Of a DNA stretch of 64,000 bases, positions 27,585 to 38,611 are shown one piece after another. This DNA is from a virus, in the IMG/VR virus record IMGVR_UViG_3300027917_000033, positions 1 through 64,000 of that record; one strand, given 5' to 3'. Both the position numbers and the translations under genes were made by a program. The first letter of the stretch is position 1; every line of letters starts with the position of its first letter. The notes below the pieces were generated by a model. The model ran no database searches and was not told the origin of the DNA. It saw nothing but the letters and a program-made list of their open reading frames with translations.

Positions 27585-28925
27585 TTAACCTCCTATGGCT
27601 TTGTATGGATCTACCTGGACAACCATTGTATCATAATTTACTTTAGCGCTCAATGTTCTGAATCTCGGCCCATTCCTGTTTTTGGCTATATAAAATCTGA
27701 TACGATTCTGCTTGTATTCGTCAGGAGTTTGGTTTAGACTAACCACATAATCTGAAGGCATCATTTTGCCATATGATTCTGCTGCGCGATTGACGTCGAT
27801 CAAATTGCCGCCATCACCAGGTCCGTTCTTGCCTTTGTCTTTCTTGACTTCCCTATTTGTCTGTGTTGCAGTAAACAGCAATACATTTTCCTTCTTGGCC
27901 AACCCACGCAACTCAGTAGATACGCTCTTTTGCTTTATATAATCTTCCTTATTATATGCGGACCGCCTTGAAACCATCAGCTCCAAATAATCGATGATAA
28001 CCACATCAGGGTTCCAGCCCTTCGTCCTCTTTAACCACTTTATGACCTGGTGTATAGTATCGACACTAATTTCATCTGGCGGAAACTCATAAATTATTAT
28101 ATCACCGCTAGACCCGGCACGTTCTCTATCAATTCGTTCAACCATTCTGTCTTTGTTTGAATATCTTTGTGAAATCGGCATTCTAGTAAAGACACCGCTG
28201 TACCTCAATTTAGTCTTGTGTGTTGAGATCTCCAATGTTATGTGCAGGACTTTCTGGTTTGCTCTGAAGCACATAGCACCGGTATTGACTAGTATCATAG
28301 TTTTCCCAATACCGGTTGGTGCCATCCAGACAAAAACATCGCCCTTTGTTGGCCCACCCTCATTGATCCATCTATCAAGATCTTTAAAGCCGGTCGTAAG
28401 TTTTACCTCTGTGCTTGTATCAAATATCGTTTGATATGTCTTAAAGAATTGATCACCAGTCTGTGATACATCTACTATCCTTTGGGCATTTTCTACTATG
28501 TCGCCCAATGAGTCAAAATCGCCTCTGTCATATGCATCCATTGCGTCTTTGCTGTATAGTAAACCGTAAGCTTTTTCTCTTGCCCATCCGATAAGAGTGT
28601 CTTTGACAACCGGGATCTCCCTTGGATCAGATTCGCGGTCGATTATGTCTATGACGTCCTGGTATTCGTCATCTACTGTAAGCCTTTTTAATGCTATATC
28701 TTTAACCATCTCCCGTGTTGGTACGATTTCGTGCTGCTCATACAACATATCTATGATTGCGAACACGTATTGTACGGCAGGATTGTTGAAATATTTTACG
28801 TCGAGGTGTTGGCCAACTGAACTATAAAATTCTGGTGAGGAGAATGCTAATGATATTATTGCTTTTTCTTCATTTGGTCCAAATGGTTGGTTAAGACTCT
28901 GATCCATTAGGAAAATGCTTATCAA
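27585..28925 (-). CDS. dnaB: Replicative DnaB-like (gp41-type) helicase
   Basis: APTGIGKT, ITLE, IIDYL, TATQTNR, KNRNG. Confidence 0.92.
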   Translation of the reverse strand: MISIFLMDQSLNQPFGPNEEKAIISLAFSSPEFYSSVGQHLDVKYFNNPAVQYVFAIIDMLYEQHEIVPTREMVKDIALKRLTVDDEYQDVIDIIDRESDPREIPVVKDTLIGWAREKAYGLLYSKDAMDAYDRGDFDSLGDIVENAQRIVDVSQTGDQFFKTYQTIFDTSTEVKLTTGFKDLDRWINEGGPTKGDVFVWMAPTGIGKTMILVNTGAMCFRANQKVLHITLEISTHKTKLRYSGVFTRMPISQRYSNKDRMVERIDRERAGSSGDIIIYEFPPDEISVDTIHQVIKWLKRTKGWNPDVVIIDYLELMVSRRSAYNKEDYIKQKSVSTELRGLAKKENVLLFTATQTNREVKKDKGKNGPGDGGNLIDVNRAAESYGKMMPSDYVVSLNQTPDEYKQNRIRFYIAKNRNGPRFRTLSAKVNYDTMVVQVDPYKAIGG

Positions 28926-29226
28926 TCAGTTCATTGATTTTGTTTAGTTTTCTGGTTAGGGCAGCTCTAACCAGAAGAAAGGCTTCCTCCATGCCTATCA
29001 GTTCTCTTTCATCAAAATACATCGTCCTTGGGTTCTTGAGATCTACCATGTCCATGACAGTAGCTTCAGATGGCAATCTCTGAGCAACGTCTATTGTGTA
29101 AAGCCATTTGCCCCTTATCCTGGTGACCCCTGTAATTTGATACGCTTCTAAATGACCGATTTTGGCCGATGCTAGAAGATATACTATATCAGTTATGCTC
29201 CACGTCGGCGCAGGCGTCGTCGTCAT
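28891..29226 (-). CDS. Hypothetical protein
   Basis: ORF between recA and helicase. Confidence 0.65.
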   Translation of the reverse strand: MTTTPAPTWSITDIVYLLASAKIGHLEAYQITGVTRIRGKWLYTIDVAQRLPSEATVMDMVDLKNPRTMYFDERELIGMEEAFLLVRAALTRKLNKINELIDKHFPNGSES

Positions 29227-30238
29227 TCTTGATTCTCCTAAGCGGCATCATTTCATCTAGAACTGCTTCCATCAGCTCGTCATAGATTTCCTGGTTATTT
29301 TTGAGGAATTCTACAGCCGCTTGTTTTCCATTGCCGACTCTAAAATCATTGTAACTATACCATGATCCTGACTTGTCAAGCTTTTTGCTCTTCACGCCAA
29401 GATCAATAATTTCCGATTCCCTACATATTCCTTCACTAAAAACGATGTCGAATTCTGCTTTCCTGAATGGTGGTGCTACTTTATTCTTAATGACATTGGC
29501 TCTTACCCTGTTGCCTATTTTGTCTTTACCGTCTCCACTGTCTCCACCTCCCTTGGGTGCATCGATAGATGACACACGCCTCAAATCGATTCGCACGGAG
29601 GCATAAAATTTCAATGCACGCCCACCGGGAGTGGTTTCTGGGCTGCCAAACATCACGCCTATTTTCTCCCTCAATTGGTTGATAAAAACTAGCGCGGTCT
29701 TGCTTTTATTAACGATACCTTTAAGCCTACGACAGGCTTTCGACATCAATTTAGCCTGGGCACCGATATTCGCATCCTTGTACTCACCGTCTAATTCAGC
29801 CTGTGGAACCAATGCGGCCACCGAGTCAATTATTACAATGTCTATTTTGTTTGATTTACACAGGATCTCAGCTATTTCAAGAGCCTCTTCGCCACTATCT
29901 GGCTGTGAAATCATCAACTCATCGATATTAACGCCGATATTTCTGGCGTATTGAAAATCCAATGCGTGTTCTACGTCAACAAACGCTGCCGTACCACCTC
30001 GTTTTTGGGCTTGTGCTATGGTTTCTAGCGCGAGGGTCGTCTTGCCGCTTGCTTCTGGGCCGAATACCTCGCATATGCGCCCCCTCGGGATTCCGCCAAC
30101 GCCAAGAGCTATATCTAAATTAATAGACCCGCTTGGAATTGATTCAATGTTCTTGTTGACGACTGTATCACCACGGATAATTGCGCCTTCGCCAAATTTC
30201 TTGCGTATTTCTTCAAAAGGATCAATCTGATCTACCAC
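29189..30238 (-). CDS. recA: RecA recombinase
   Basis: [56 protein letters not shown]. Confidence 0.98.
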   Translation of the reverse strand: MVDQIDPFEEIRKKFGEGAIIRGDTVVNKNIESIPSGSINLDIALGVGGIPRGRICEVFGPEASGKTTLALETIAQAQKRGGTAAFVDVEHALDFQYARNIGVNIDELMISQPDSGEEALEIAEILCKSNKIDIVIIDSVAALVPQAELDGEYKDANIGAQAKLMSKACRRLKGIVNKSKTALVFINQLREKIGVMFGSPETTPGGRALKFYASVRIDLRRVSSIDAPKGGGDSGDGKDKIGNRVRANVIKNKVAPPFRKAEFDIVFSEGICRESEIIDLGVKSKKLDKSGSWYSYNDFRVGNGKQAAVEFLKNNQEIYDELMEAVLDEMMPLRRIKNDDDACADVEHN

Positions 30239-30476
30239 TTTTGTGCTCCTTAATCTTCCGGTTTATATAGCTTTGTGGGCTGTAAGACGCGACTAGTCTT
30301 ATCGCGTTCAATGGCGCTCTCACTATTGTTTCGTCTTTGGCTATCATCACATCATATCCGACTATAGCTACTATTGACCAGTCGCCGTCTGGTGTGGCTG
30401 CTCTGCCACGTGGGCCAGATACGAATTTAATATTCTTAGCAGAGATAATTCTAACTATGTCAAATTGCTTTAGCAA
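30222..30476 (-). CDS. Hypothetical SH3-like protein
   Basis: FDIVRI...WSIV. Confidence 0.6.
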   Translation of the reverse strand: MLKQFDIVRIISAKNIKFVSGPRGRAATPDGDWSIVAIVGYDVMIAKDETIVRAPLNAIRLVASYSPQSYINRKIKEHKSGRSD

Positions 30477-30528
30477 TTTCTCAGCATCCTAATCAAATGT
30501 AAATATAGATAAGGTATAGGAGGAAAGA

Positions 30529-31221
30529 ATGGCTCTCACCGATAAAGAAAAAGCTTTACTAGAAGCAATTTCTACCATGCTTAAGCAGGACGCAAAGCTT
30601 GGGTTGCCCATTTCTAGCGAGACCTCACATACTTCTCAGTTTAGGTGGGAAGGTATTGATGACGCTTTCGCGCTGAAAGTATCTAAGTCTCCATTTGCTG
30701 AATCTATCAGCTCGGCTTTCTTTGCTGTGCATAGCCACAAATATATTGACAATCCGACGTTCAAATTATCTTTTGACAGAGAGATGTCCGCCAGGGCTGT
30801 ACCGACGCCAGAGAAAGAACGTGCATTCAAATACTTAGAAGAAATGACAAAGGAACTATCCGGCACCAAACTATCTGAACATGATGCTGGATGGAATCCT
30901 AATATAGCAGATATTGCCGATATGACAAGGAATGCTGATAATAGGGATTCAGAACAGAGCAAGCCATTCACTGGTGGTGGGCCCGCCCCAGATGGTGAAA
31001 GGGGCGGGAAGGGTGGAATCTACATGGAAGGATTCGAAGACGAAATCAAACACGACGGCTGGACGATAACATATAAGGTCACACCGGCTGATGATTCCAT
31101 GAAACTCACGTTGGTAGAGGCCAAAAACGAGTCTGAATCGGTGGTTGATCAAGAAGAGATCCTCAAAAAACTCGATATGGCTGAAGAAGAATTCTGGAAA
31201 TTAATTGCTAATGGTAATTGA
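30529..31221 (+). CDS. Hypothetical protein
   Basis: AGGAGG RBS and candidate late promoter at 30499. Confidence 0.75.
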   Translation: MALTDKEKALLEAISTMLKQDAKLGLPISSETSHTSQFRWEGIDDAFALKVSKSPFAESISSAFFAVHSHKYIDNPTFKLSFDREMSARAVPTPEKERAFKYLEEMTKELSGTKLSEHDAGWNPNIADIADMTRNADNRDSEQSKPFTGGGPAPDGERGGKGGIYMEGFEDEIKHDGWTITYKVTPADDSMKLTLVEAKNESESVVDQEEILKKLDMAEEEFWKLIANGN

Positions 31222-31528
31222 TGAGCAATCACTCCAAACAATATCTAGCAGGCTAAGAAACCCGCTCGAAAGAATATGTCTAACCGGTATTGATGAATGG
31301 AATCCCATATTCTCAAATGGATATGGGTTTGGCAGTGATAAATTAGTCATACGGATGAAACCTGTCCACGATATCGACACAGATATAATTGGAATAGATA
31401 CCAATCACATATTAGAAGTATTGCGTATAATGATCGGTGACATATGCTCCATTGAAGATCTAGAAGTTGTGCAGAGAGATGGATGCACAGGATTCTTTAT
31501 TGTAGTAGATCTTAATGAACTTATCTAA
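31205..31528 (+). CDS. Hypothetical protein
   Basis: Coupled ORF. Confidence 0.65.
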   Translation: MLMVIDEQSLQTISSRLRNPLERICLTGIDEWNPIFSNGYGFGSDKLVIRMKPVHDIDTDIIGIDTNHILEVLRIMIGDICSIEDLEVVQRDGCTGFFIVVDLNELI

Positions 31529-31832
31529 TTTACACACGATGAGAATAGCTTTTGACAAATACAAAGCTTTGCTAACTAAAGAACTAGACCCCAATAGCCC
31601 AGAATTAACCGGGCAGCCAGCAGAGCCAACACTAGGCCTGCCATCACAACCAGCTAGAAGTGGTGTACAGGACACCCCGCTTAAAACGCGCCACAGGAAA
31701 TATTTCGGCGCATATACAAATCAACCAGCCACTGATAAGATTGGGTACCCAGATCAGGTGTGGAGCAACATCAAATCATTAAGCCCTAGCAGCAAGAAAA
31801 TCAGACCATACAACGTCAACAGCCATCATTGA
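31515..31832 (+). CDS. Hypothetical protein
   Basis: Coupled ORF. Confidence 0.6.
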   Translation: MNLSNLHTMRIAFDKYKALLTKELDPNSPELTGQPAEPTLGLPSQPARSGVQDTPLKTRHRKYFGAYTNQPATDKIGYPDQVWSNIKSLSPSSKKIRPYNVNSHH

Positions 31833-32590
31833 CGTTCAAAAATACCGCCACCATTACACTTTGGGCATGTTTGCTTTGGGTCTGTGCGAGCCTTGCCGCT
31901 GCCGCCGCATGCAGGGCAATCATTGATATTGTATCCACTTTTGCCGAAATGGTGAGAGTTGTCATTGGCCTTCGATGCTGCTGCCATAGATTCAAACCTT
32001 CTCTGTAGTTCGCGATTTCCAGTCTTAACAATTCTTATGTCGGTATTTCCGCCTTCGTTGTCAAATATCCTCTTTGGTAGCGGAATTGGTCCTCTGGTTG
32101 ATGTCTCGACTACTTGATTCTCTTTGGCAGTAGTTTGTATTTTGCAATATGCGAGATCCTTTTGGCTGTATCCTGAGTGGCTTTCGACGCCGCTTGGCGG
32201 TTGTGTTGTTGGCTCTACTGGTGTGGGGCTCTCTGCTATCGGCTCAGCAATTGGCTGCTTTGTTTGCCTGTTTTTCTGGGGCACCAGCTTATGTGGTTTT
32301 GTGCTTATTGGTGCTGGTTTATGAACTGGTGGTTGCTTGCTTATAACTGGTATATTGTTGATATCAACCCCAAGCTCAGCAGCAAGTTCCTGGAGCTGTT
32401 TCATTTTCTGCTGTCGCTTCTGTTCTTCAAGCCTATTCTTACTATCTCTTTCGAGTTGCTGTCTGATAGACTTTGGGGTCTGGTCTTCGCAATTCTCACA
32501 CAAAGCTACAGTATGTGGTTGTCCATCAACTTTAACGGTCAGGGTAGTATTTAAATTGACAGAACCACAAAACAAACATTTACCGGCCAT
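31826..32590 (-). CDS. Zinc-finger protein with DnaJ-type CxxCxGxG repeats
   Basis: CLFC...CENC; CPACGGSG, CPKCNGGG. Confidence 0.75.
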   Translation of the reverse strand: MAGKCLFCGSVNLNTTLTVKVDGQPHTVALCENCEDQTPKSIRQQLERDSKNRLEEQKRQQKMKQLQELAAELGVDINNIPVISKQPPVHKPAPISTKPHKLVPQKNRQTKQPIAEPIAESPTPVEPTTQPPSGVESHSGYSQKDLAYCKIQTTAKENQVVETSTRGPIPLPKRIFDNEGGNTDIRIVKTGNRELQRRFESMAAASKANDNSHHFGKSGYNINDCPACGGSGKARTDPKQTCPKCNGGGIFERQ

Positions 32591-32601
32591 GGAGACCTCC
32601 G

Positions 32602-33003
32602 ATGGAAGATAAGATAGAAATCATCGAACTTGGATTGGACGAAGATCTTAAGAAGGATATTGAGGATTCGGCTAAATTGTCAGACGACATACAAATTAAA
32701 TTGAAAAACCAAGTACAAGGTATGACCAAACAAATGATAAATAAGAAAGCCCAAGAAAAGAAAAAATGGGAAGGAAAGTTAGATATTATATATGAAATTC
32801 TGTTAGAATCATACGAACGTGATCCACAGAAGCATGTTCCCAAAACTACCATAATAGAAGCCATATCGTGTAGTGACAAAGAACTATCAAGTACGATCTT
32901 GCGGTTTAAGCGTTATTTAAGAACCACCAAGGAAGACAAGTGGACATTGATGCGTAAAAAGGTTAGGGGCATAACTAGTTACGCACTTGCTCCCTTTGCC
33001 TAA
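32602..33003 (+). CDS. Hypothetical (possible winged-helix) protein
   Basis: Helical ORF; weak. Confidence 0.6.
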   Translation: MEDKIEIIELGLDEDLKKDIEDSAKLSDDIQIKLKNQVQGMTKQMINKKAQEKKKWEGKLDIIYEILLESYERDPQKHVPKTTIIEAISCSDKELSSTILRFKRYLRTTKEDKWTLMRKKVRGITSYALAPFA

Positions 33004-33700
33004 GCCCAACAATCAATCTGCACAGCAAGCTAACCTGTCTACTAAAAGCCTCTTTTCTAACTTTGTCGGCTAAATTTCTAGGAGATGGATGATATATTGC
33101 AAATATTTTCTTGCCAGCCAATTCTGAGTGAGTTAGCTTCCCAAGGGCTTTTGCGTATATTGCGTCCGGGCAGAAATGGTTGAATGAAATAGCTCCAAGC
33201 GTAATCAAAAAATCTGGGTTTAATATGGCAAGTTCCATTTGCAAGAACGGGTGGCATTTCTGGATACTATCATACTCTGGCTTAGCATTATTTTCTGTAT
33301 AGCATTTGCAAATGTTGGTTATGTAAAAATCCTTCCGTTCTAAACCATTCTTTTCTATTTCTCTGTTGAAATTTATGCCAGCTTGCCCCACGAATGGTTC
33401 ATCCTGATGGCACTCATTGACTCCTGGATTTTGCCCGACTATCATATACTTACTAGGTGTCATAGTGCTAAATACATGCTGGTCATACCCGTAGTGTTTT
33501 CTGCCGAGATGGCACATGATGCAATCTTTACAAGTGTCTCTTAGCGATCTCAGCATTGTTATTCTGTCGTCGTTCACTGGTTTCCAATCGAAGTGTCTGA
33601 TCTCCCTAACAATTCTATCTTCTTCACTGTTGTACACTAAATAATTTCCGAATCGAAGTGGCAATATCATAAAAATAATCCCATCTAGCATTACTACCAA
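32975..33700 (-). CDS. udg: Uracil-DNA glycosylase, family 4 (Fe-S)
   Basis: CxxCHL, GQNPG..E...PFVGQAG, TNICKC, ITLG, YHPS. Confidence 0.92.
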   Translation of the reverse strand: MVVMLDGIIFMILPLRFGNYLVYNSEEDRIVREIRHFDWKPVNDDRITMLRSLRDTCKDCIMCHLGRKHYGYDQHVFSTMTPSKYMIVGQNPGVNECHQDEPFVGQAGINFNREIEKNGLERKDFYITNICKCYTENNAKPEYDSIQKCHPFLQMELAILNPDFLITLGAISFNHFCPDAIYAKALGKLTHSELAGKKIFAIYHPSPRNLADKVRKEAFSRQVSLLCRLIVGLRQREQVRN

Positions 33701-34526
33701 TACATGTTATGCCATCTTCTTCTAAGCGCGATAGGATTCCAGCCGGTGGAGCGCCAAGTGGGAAAGCTTCCTTGATGCTTGTTTCGGCTATTATTTTATA
33801 TCTATTCTTCGTCATACGTGAAAATAACTCTTCGGCGAATGGGACCGATTCATTTGAAAAGAATTGATATAGCCCATCACCAATCATATTAACTTTCCAA
33901 AATGGGATTTGTTTGTCACCTATGAATACTCTTTGAGCGCCTTCTAAATTGAAGAAATTAGTATTTATCAAGAATAAGTAGTAATCGGAGGATTCCAGAT
34001 CAGCCTGCATTCCACAGATATTCATCAAAGCGTTTAGTGGTATAGTGCTGATGATAGAGTCGTACTGGGTTGGTTTGTCATTTATTACGATGTAATGGTC
34101 TTTAATTGACGATACAACGGTATTAATATTTCTTTTAATTTCGTCGCTATACTTGTCAAGCAGCAAATCGTGCAAGAATTTTGCGGCAATGAACGCAGAA
34201 CCCTCATTGCAAAGAAGGTGCGATGCTAACGGGTGTGGATTGTCACCATAAATCTTATCTATAACCGGCCCAATCCAGGCTTTCTTGTTAAATAGTAACT
34301 CCCCACCGAGCGACACCGCCACTGGGAAATACAGTGGGATTGCATTGATGGCCAAGTCGTCTAATAGTTTTGTTGTCTCATCAGTGCGTTTTATTTCAGC
34401 GTCTGCTGTCGGTATGTTGAACGAATAGTATCGTGACTTTTTAAATGGAATAATCTTATAACTCGGCCCAAGAACATGGCGAGCTATAAGGCCGTTTATA
34501 CCGCTGCCCAATACGAACTTATTCAA
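33624..34526 (-). CDS. FAD-dependent oxidoreductase-like protein
   Basis: N-terminal LGSGING dinucleotide motif, IISTIPL, CIGxxARWDY. Confidence 0.65.
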   Translation of the reverse strand: MNKFVLGSGINGLIARHVLGPSYKIIPFKKSRYYSFNIPTADAEIKRTDETTKLLDDLAINAIPLYFPVAVSLGGELLFNKKAWIGPVIDKIYGDNPHPLASHLLCNEGSAFIAAKFLHDLLLDKYSDEIKRNINTVVSSIKDHYIVINDKPTQYDSIISTIPLNALMNICGMQADLESSDYYLFLINTNFFNLEGAQRVFIGDKQIPFWKVNMIGDGLYQFFSNESVPFAEELFSRMTKNRYKIIAETSIKEAFPLGAPPAGILSRLEEDGITCIGSNARWDYFYDIATSIRKLFSVQQ

Positions 34527-35040
34527 CCTTCATTTCCCCGGATGCGATTGGATCTTCAAACCAATCAATGTCATCGCCTTCAATCTTTGGTTCGATTGTC
34601 TTTGGTTCTGGCTCTGGTGGCTCTGGTGGCTCTACAATTTCTGGCACTTCCTTTGCCTCTTCCAGTTTTTGCTTTTGCGGCACATCGAGATATGCGTTTT
34701 CTATTTCCTTCTTCAACCCTTCTGCTCGCTTCAACTGTTCAACAGCACTAAGTTTAATCATTTCAATTTCTTTTTCACCAGCCCTGCAATTCGTACATAT
34801 TACCCTTTCTTTGTCCTCTTCCTTGATTATGTCCTTGACGGTAAATTGAATCATTTGGGCGCATTTTGGACACACTGTAATGTACACTGTTGGCAATATC
34901 AAATTGCCATCTTTATCGCGTCCTTGACCAGTATAATCCTTCCCATCCCATTGGGTCGGCCTAGCGTCAACAAATTCATCGCCTATACAAATGTTGCGCA
35001 GCTCAAAGGCTGGAATCGAATTTTCTCCTTTCACGACCAT
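34519..35040 (-). CDS. Zinc-finger hypothetical protein
   Basis: CPKC...CTNC; Pro/Glu tail. Confidence 0.65.
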   Translation of the reverse strand: MVVKGENSIPAFELRNICIGDEFVDARPTQWDGKDYTGQGRDKDGNLILPTVYITVCPKCAQMIQFTVKDIIKEEDKERVICTNCRAGEKEIEMIKLSAVEQLKRAEGLKKEIENAYLDVPQKQKLEEAKEVPEIVEPPEPPEPEPKTIEPKIEGDDIDWFEDPIASGEMKVE

Positions 35041-35474
35041 CCCCCTTTCTTATCGCGGTTTTGTCTAGATTCAAGAAGGTGCTTCTTCCATTTTTCGCCA
35101 CATTCGAAACACATATTGAAGTCCATATGCTTGGGAATTACTTCAGATGGTCCCTCTTCTTTTTTGTTTTTATCTACTACCACCTTGGTTACAATTAATT
35201 GGTAGTACGTGAAAGACGCTCCCTTGCTGTACTTCGGGCACGAATCACATTTTATCTGTAAAGGGGTGATAGGGCCAAGGTTTTCAATACACTTATTCTT
35301 GATGTTAGCAAAGCATGATTCACATATATCACATGAATCAATCATTTTGGGCGGCGATGAAAACCCACCGTTAACTGAAATTTCTACTCTGTCGAACGAA
35401 TAATACGTGAAATCATTTCTATATGCCGACGTACAGATATCACACTCTATACCATCCTTTGATTTAAGAAGCAT
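35031..35474 (-). CDS. Double zinc-finger protein
   Basis: CDIC, CESC, CDSC, CFEC. Confidence 0.7.
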   Translation of the reverse strand: MLLKSKDGIECDICTSAYRNDFTYYSFDRVEISVNGGFSSPPKMIDSCDICESCFANIKNKCIENLGPITPLQIKCDSCPKYSKGASFTYYQLIVTKVVVDKNKKEEGPSEVIPKHMDFNMCFECGEKWKKHLLESRQNRDKKGGWS

Positions 35475-37827
35475 CTTTCATCTCCAGTGGAAGGATAATC
35501 GACCCAGGCCTTATGTTGAAACTAGAGTATTCTTCCTTCCATGCAACCCTGATTCGTATTCCGACTCCTTCCTGAAACAAAGATGGGTCATTAATTGACA
35601 ATTCGCTATTCCAGACCATGATTTTGGCCAGTTCTACACCATCAGTCACCATCATTTGCATGAATTCACCACTAGCGCCTCTGCGCATTTCTAAACTTTC
35701 TATTACAGCTTCCAGTATTCCATGTGTTTTGGCGTCTGTTACAGTGTGGCCTTCGCAATTGTAGGCATCAAGCGGCGAGTTCCAATAATACCCAAGATAC
35801 TGTTTCTCAAACGCGAGTTTTTCGGTAAACTTGTAATCGTCATATAGTTCTTCTATCTTAGTTAATGTTGGGTTTGGTTTTGGTTTCCAATTTTCTATGC
35901 TCTTAGGCACCTTTTTTCTGTTTGGGTATTGCACAAGATACTCAGCTTTTCTACGCTGTCGTTCCTTTATTATATCAGATTCTTGCCATGCAAGTTTTTC
36001 GTTGACTTCTTTCTTGATTTCCTTGTGTTCTTGGCCGGAAGTAGTATATTTGTAAAGGTACCAATGCCACAAAGCTCGCCGGTTTGGGCATATTTCGTTA
36101 AATGCGCCTAGCTTTATTAATCTCTCAAAAACTGTTTTATTCTTACCCGCTTGGACTATGAACTCATCTATTGAATCTGTGCTTCTTTCGCCAGCTATTT
36201 TCTGGGCAGCTTTGATACCTATACCTTTTATGCTTTCAAGCCCAGGCGTAACCATGTCTCCGTCAACAGAGAAAGTCGGCCCAAGCTTGCGAAAATTAAT
36301 AGCACCAAACTTAACACCTTCGGCTCTGGCTATACCCATATATCTAACTAATTTGTCGTGTTTACAATTAGACATCACCGCAGCCCACCATTCTGCTGGG
36401 TAATGTGATTTGAGCCACAAACACCTGTACGAAATAATTACGTAGGCTATCGCATGGCTAAGGTTGAAACAATACCTAGCAAATGATTCGATTTTGCTCC
36501 ACCATTCAATTGCCTTTGCGCCCCCTATTGTCTTGGTTGCGCCATCTATTACTTTGTCTTTAACCTTGGCAAGCTTGTCGGCCCACTTTTTGGCAACGGC
36601 TTTGCGTGCTGCTTCAGCTTCTGGGATTGAGAATCCACATATGTCGGTGAAGAATCTACTTAATTGTTCTTGGAACACTATAATATTGTATGTGTCTTTT
36701 AATATCGCTGTAATCCTTGGGTCCTCGTCGTCCTTCCATGATTGGCTGCTTGAATCTCTGCGTTTGATATATTCATCAACTAGAGGCAATGGCCCTGGTC
36801 TGCCAAGAGACGTATAAATCACCAGATCATTAAAGTTTTTAACACCGCCCTTTTGCAGAATGCTCTTGGCGAGGTCTGTCTCAAACTGAAAAATTGTTTC
36901 TACTCGTTTCTGGTCAGCCATTTTGATGGCCAGTGGATCACTAAACCTTATCGGTTCTCGTTTCCCATCGGCAAATACTTCCCATCCAGCTCGATCTTCT
37001 TCCGGGTCCATATTATCCCAATCTATGACCACCCCCCTATTGCCTTCAATTAATTTCTTGCAGTTCCAAATGTGTAACAAATTGGTTAGGCCAAGTATAT
37101 CGAATTTGACGAATCCAAATTTTGATAGCTGCGTGCTCCTGCCTTCTGTCCATGAAGAGGTCCATTGGCCGCCGCTTATTGTCAATGGAATATGGTCTTT
37201 GACAGGAACACTAGAGATAATCAGCCCACCAGCATGCCTACCCTGCGTTTTGATAAGTTTCACAAGTTTGTACGCCAGTGAGACTACGTTCTGGTTTCTG
37301 TCGGCATAATCTTTAAATGCCGGATAAGCATCCGCTGCCTCATCATAATCCATGTCATCAAACTCATCCGGGAGTGTCTTTGTAAGCTTTTGTATTTCGT
37401 CTATGTCTATCCCAAGAGTCCTGCATGTGTCGATTAATGCTAACTTTGGCTTGTACGTCTGCCATAAGCCGACACTGCACACCTTATCGACTCCGTATGT
37501 ATCGGCAGCATACTTCTTAATGTGGTCTCTAGCGATTGGGAGGAAATCAGAATCAATATCTGGATAATCAGGATGATATTGAATGTTTGGTTTTATGCCA
37601 GCTTCTACCGGATCGATATCGGTCAGGCCAAGTAGATGCAGCAAAACAAGACCGTTTGGATTGTCGTCGAGTTTCTCATTCTTTTCATATAATTCAACCC
37701 AGTAATCGGCCATTCCTTGCAATTCTATCTGTTCAAACTCGTATGATAGGCGTTTAGAATATGGCTTTGTGTCCGGTTTCTTAGTTAATGCAACGAGTGC
37801 AATCTTTTTGAGCTCATTCCAAGTCAT
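35464..37827 (-). CDS. dnaE: DNA polymerase III alpha, catalytic/C-terminal part
   Basis: PDIDSDF, GRHAGG, KFDILGL, IFQFE, RPGP, YCFNLSHA, IKGIG, OB-like end. Confidence 0.92.
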   Translation of the reverse strand: MTWNELKKIALVALTKKPDTKPYSKRLSYEFEQIELQGMADYWVELYEKNEKLDDNPNGLVLLHLLGLTDIDPVEAGIKPNIQYHPDYPDIDSDFLPIARDHIKKYAADTYGVDKVCSVGLWQTYKPKLALIDTCRTLGIDIDEIQKLTKTLPDEFDDMDYDEAADAYPAFKDYADRNQNVVSLAYKLVKLIKTQGRHAGGLIISSVPVKDHIPLTISGGQWTSSWTEGRSTQLSKFGFVKFDILGLTNLLHIWNCKKLIEGNRGVVIDWDNMDPEEDRAGWEVFADGKREPIRFSDPLAIKMADQKRVETIFQFETDLAKSILQKGGVKNFNDLVIYTSLGRPGPLPLVDEYIKRRDSSSQSWKDDEDPRITAILKDTYNIIVFQEQLSRFFTDICGFSIPEAEAARKAVAKKWADKLAKVKDKVIDGATKTIGGAKAIEWWSKIESFARYCFNLSHAIAYVIISYRCLWLKSHYPAEWWAAVMSNCKHDKLVRYMGIARAEGVKFGAINFRKLGPTFSVDGDMVTPGLESIKGIGIKAAQKIAGERSTDSIDEFIVQAGKNKTVFERLIKLGAFNEICPNRRALWHWYLYKYTTSGQEHKEIKKEVNEKLAWQESDIIKERQRRKAEYLVQYPNRKKVPKSIENWKPKPNPTLTKIEELYDDYKFTEKLAFEKQYLGYYWNSPLDAYNCEGHTVTDAKTHGILEAVIESLEMRRGASGEFMQMMVTDGVELAKIMVWNSELSINDPSLFQEGVGIRIRVAWKEEYSSFNIRPGSIILPLEMKDAS

Positions 37828-38198
37828 TCTTCCCTACATAATTGTCTAGCCTCGTCGCTTTTATCAAATACCACCTGTATATCTTTATCAATAATCAGAT
37901 CTCTTATTTCTTCAACTAGCTCTCTGTTGGATTTCGGCGTAAGGTCCCATGTAATTTCCTTTCCGTCTGTTTTATATTTCGTCATATTTGCTACATATTG
38001 GTTCGGCGTAGTTACTGTGACGTTCTCAATCTTGACACCCATTGCGGCAAATTTCATAGCTAATAGTTCAACACTATTAACTGTTGCGTTATCTCCGCCA
38101 TCATACACAAATGTCTTCTTTTTGTCCTTGTCTTTAACGATCACACAGAACTTAGTACCGTATTTGCCACTGACGATACCAGCCGTTTCAATCTTCAT
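37824..38198 (-). CDS. Degenerate RNase HI-fold protein
   Basis: TVNSVELLA, TTPNQYV, SNRELVEEI resemble RNase HI but two catalytic Asp are missing. Confidence 0.5.
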   Translation of the reverse strand: MKIETAGIVSGKYGTKFCVIVKDKDKKKTFVYDGGDNATVNSVELLAMKFAAMGVKIENVTVTTPNQYVANMTKYKTDGKEITWDLTPKSNRELVEEIRDLIIDKDIQVVFDKSDEARQLCREE

Positions 38199-38611
38199 GA
38201 AAGCATCTCCAAGTGTGGTATCCCAACAGACTTTGCTAATCTTTTGGCCGTTTTTAATGATGATTTGTGCCAGTCCAGAATGGCATCAACGTCGCCTTTG
38301 TCTACATCTGGCATAGTTTTCCCAATTGTCGATATTTCTTCGGGCCTAAGATTCAATATTTCGCAGAATCCAAACACTAGTGCGCGTAACGTGTGTATGA
38401 TCATGGCACCAACGTCTTCGACAATTCTTGACTCGTCTCCATTTTCATATGCTGCTGCAATCAATGATTCAACAACATCCGGCCATTTAAACATTGAATG
38501 TACAGCTATGAATTGGGTTCTACCAGCGCCTACAATCGATATATAGGCTGCTTCTAATTGCTTGGTTTTATTGATTAACTCTTTTAACTGATTTAATTTC
38601 GTTGGCGTCAT
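38195..38611 (-). CDS. Hypothetical protein
   Basis: Coupled ORF. Confidence 0.65.
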   Translation of the reverse strand: MTPTKLNQLKELINKTKQLEAAYISIVGAGRTQFIAVHSMFKWPDVVESLIAAAYENGDESRIVEDVGAMIIHTLRALVFGFCEILNLRPEEISTIGKTMPDVDKGDVDAILDWHKSSLKTAKRLAKSVGIPHLEMLS

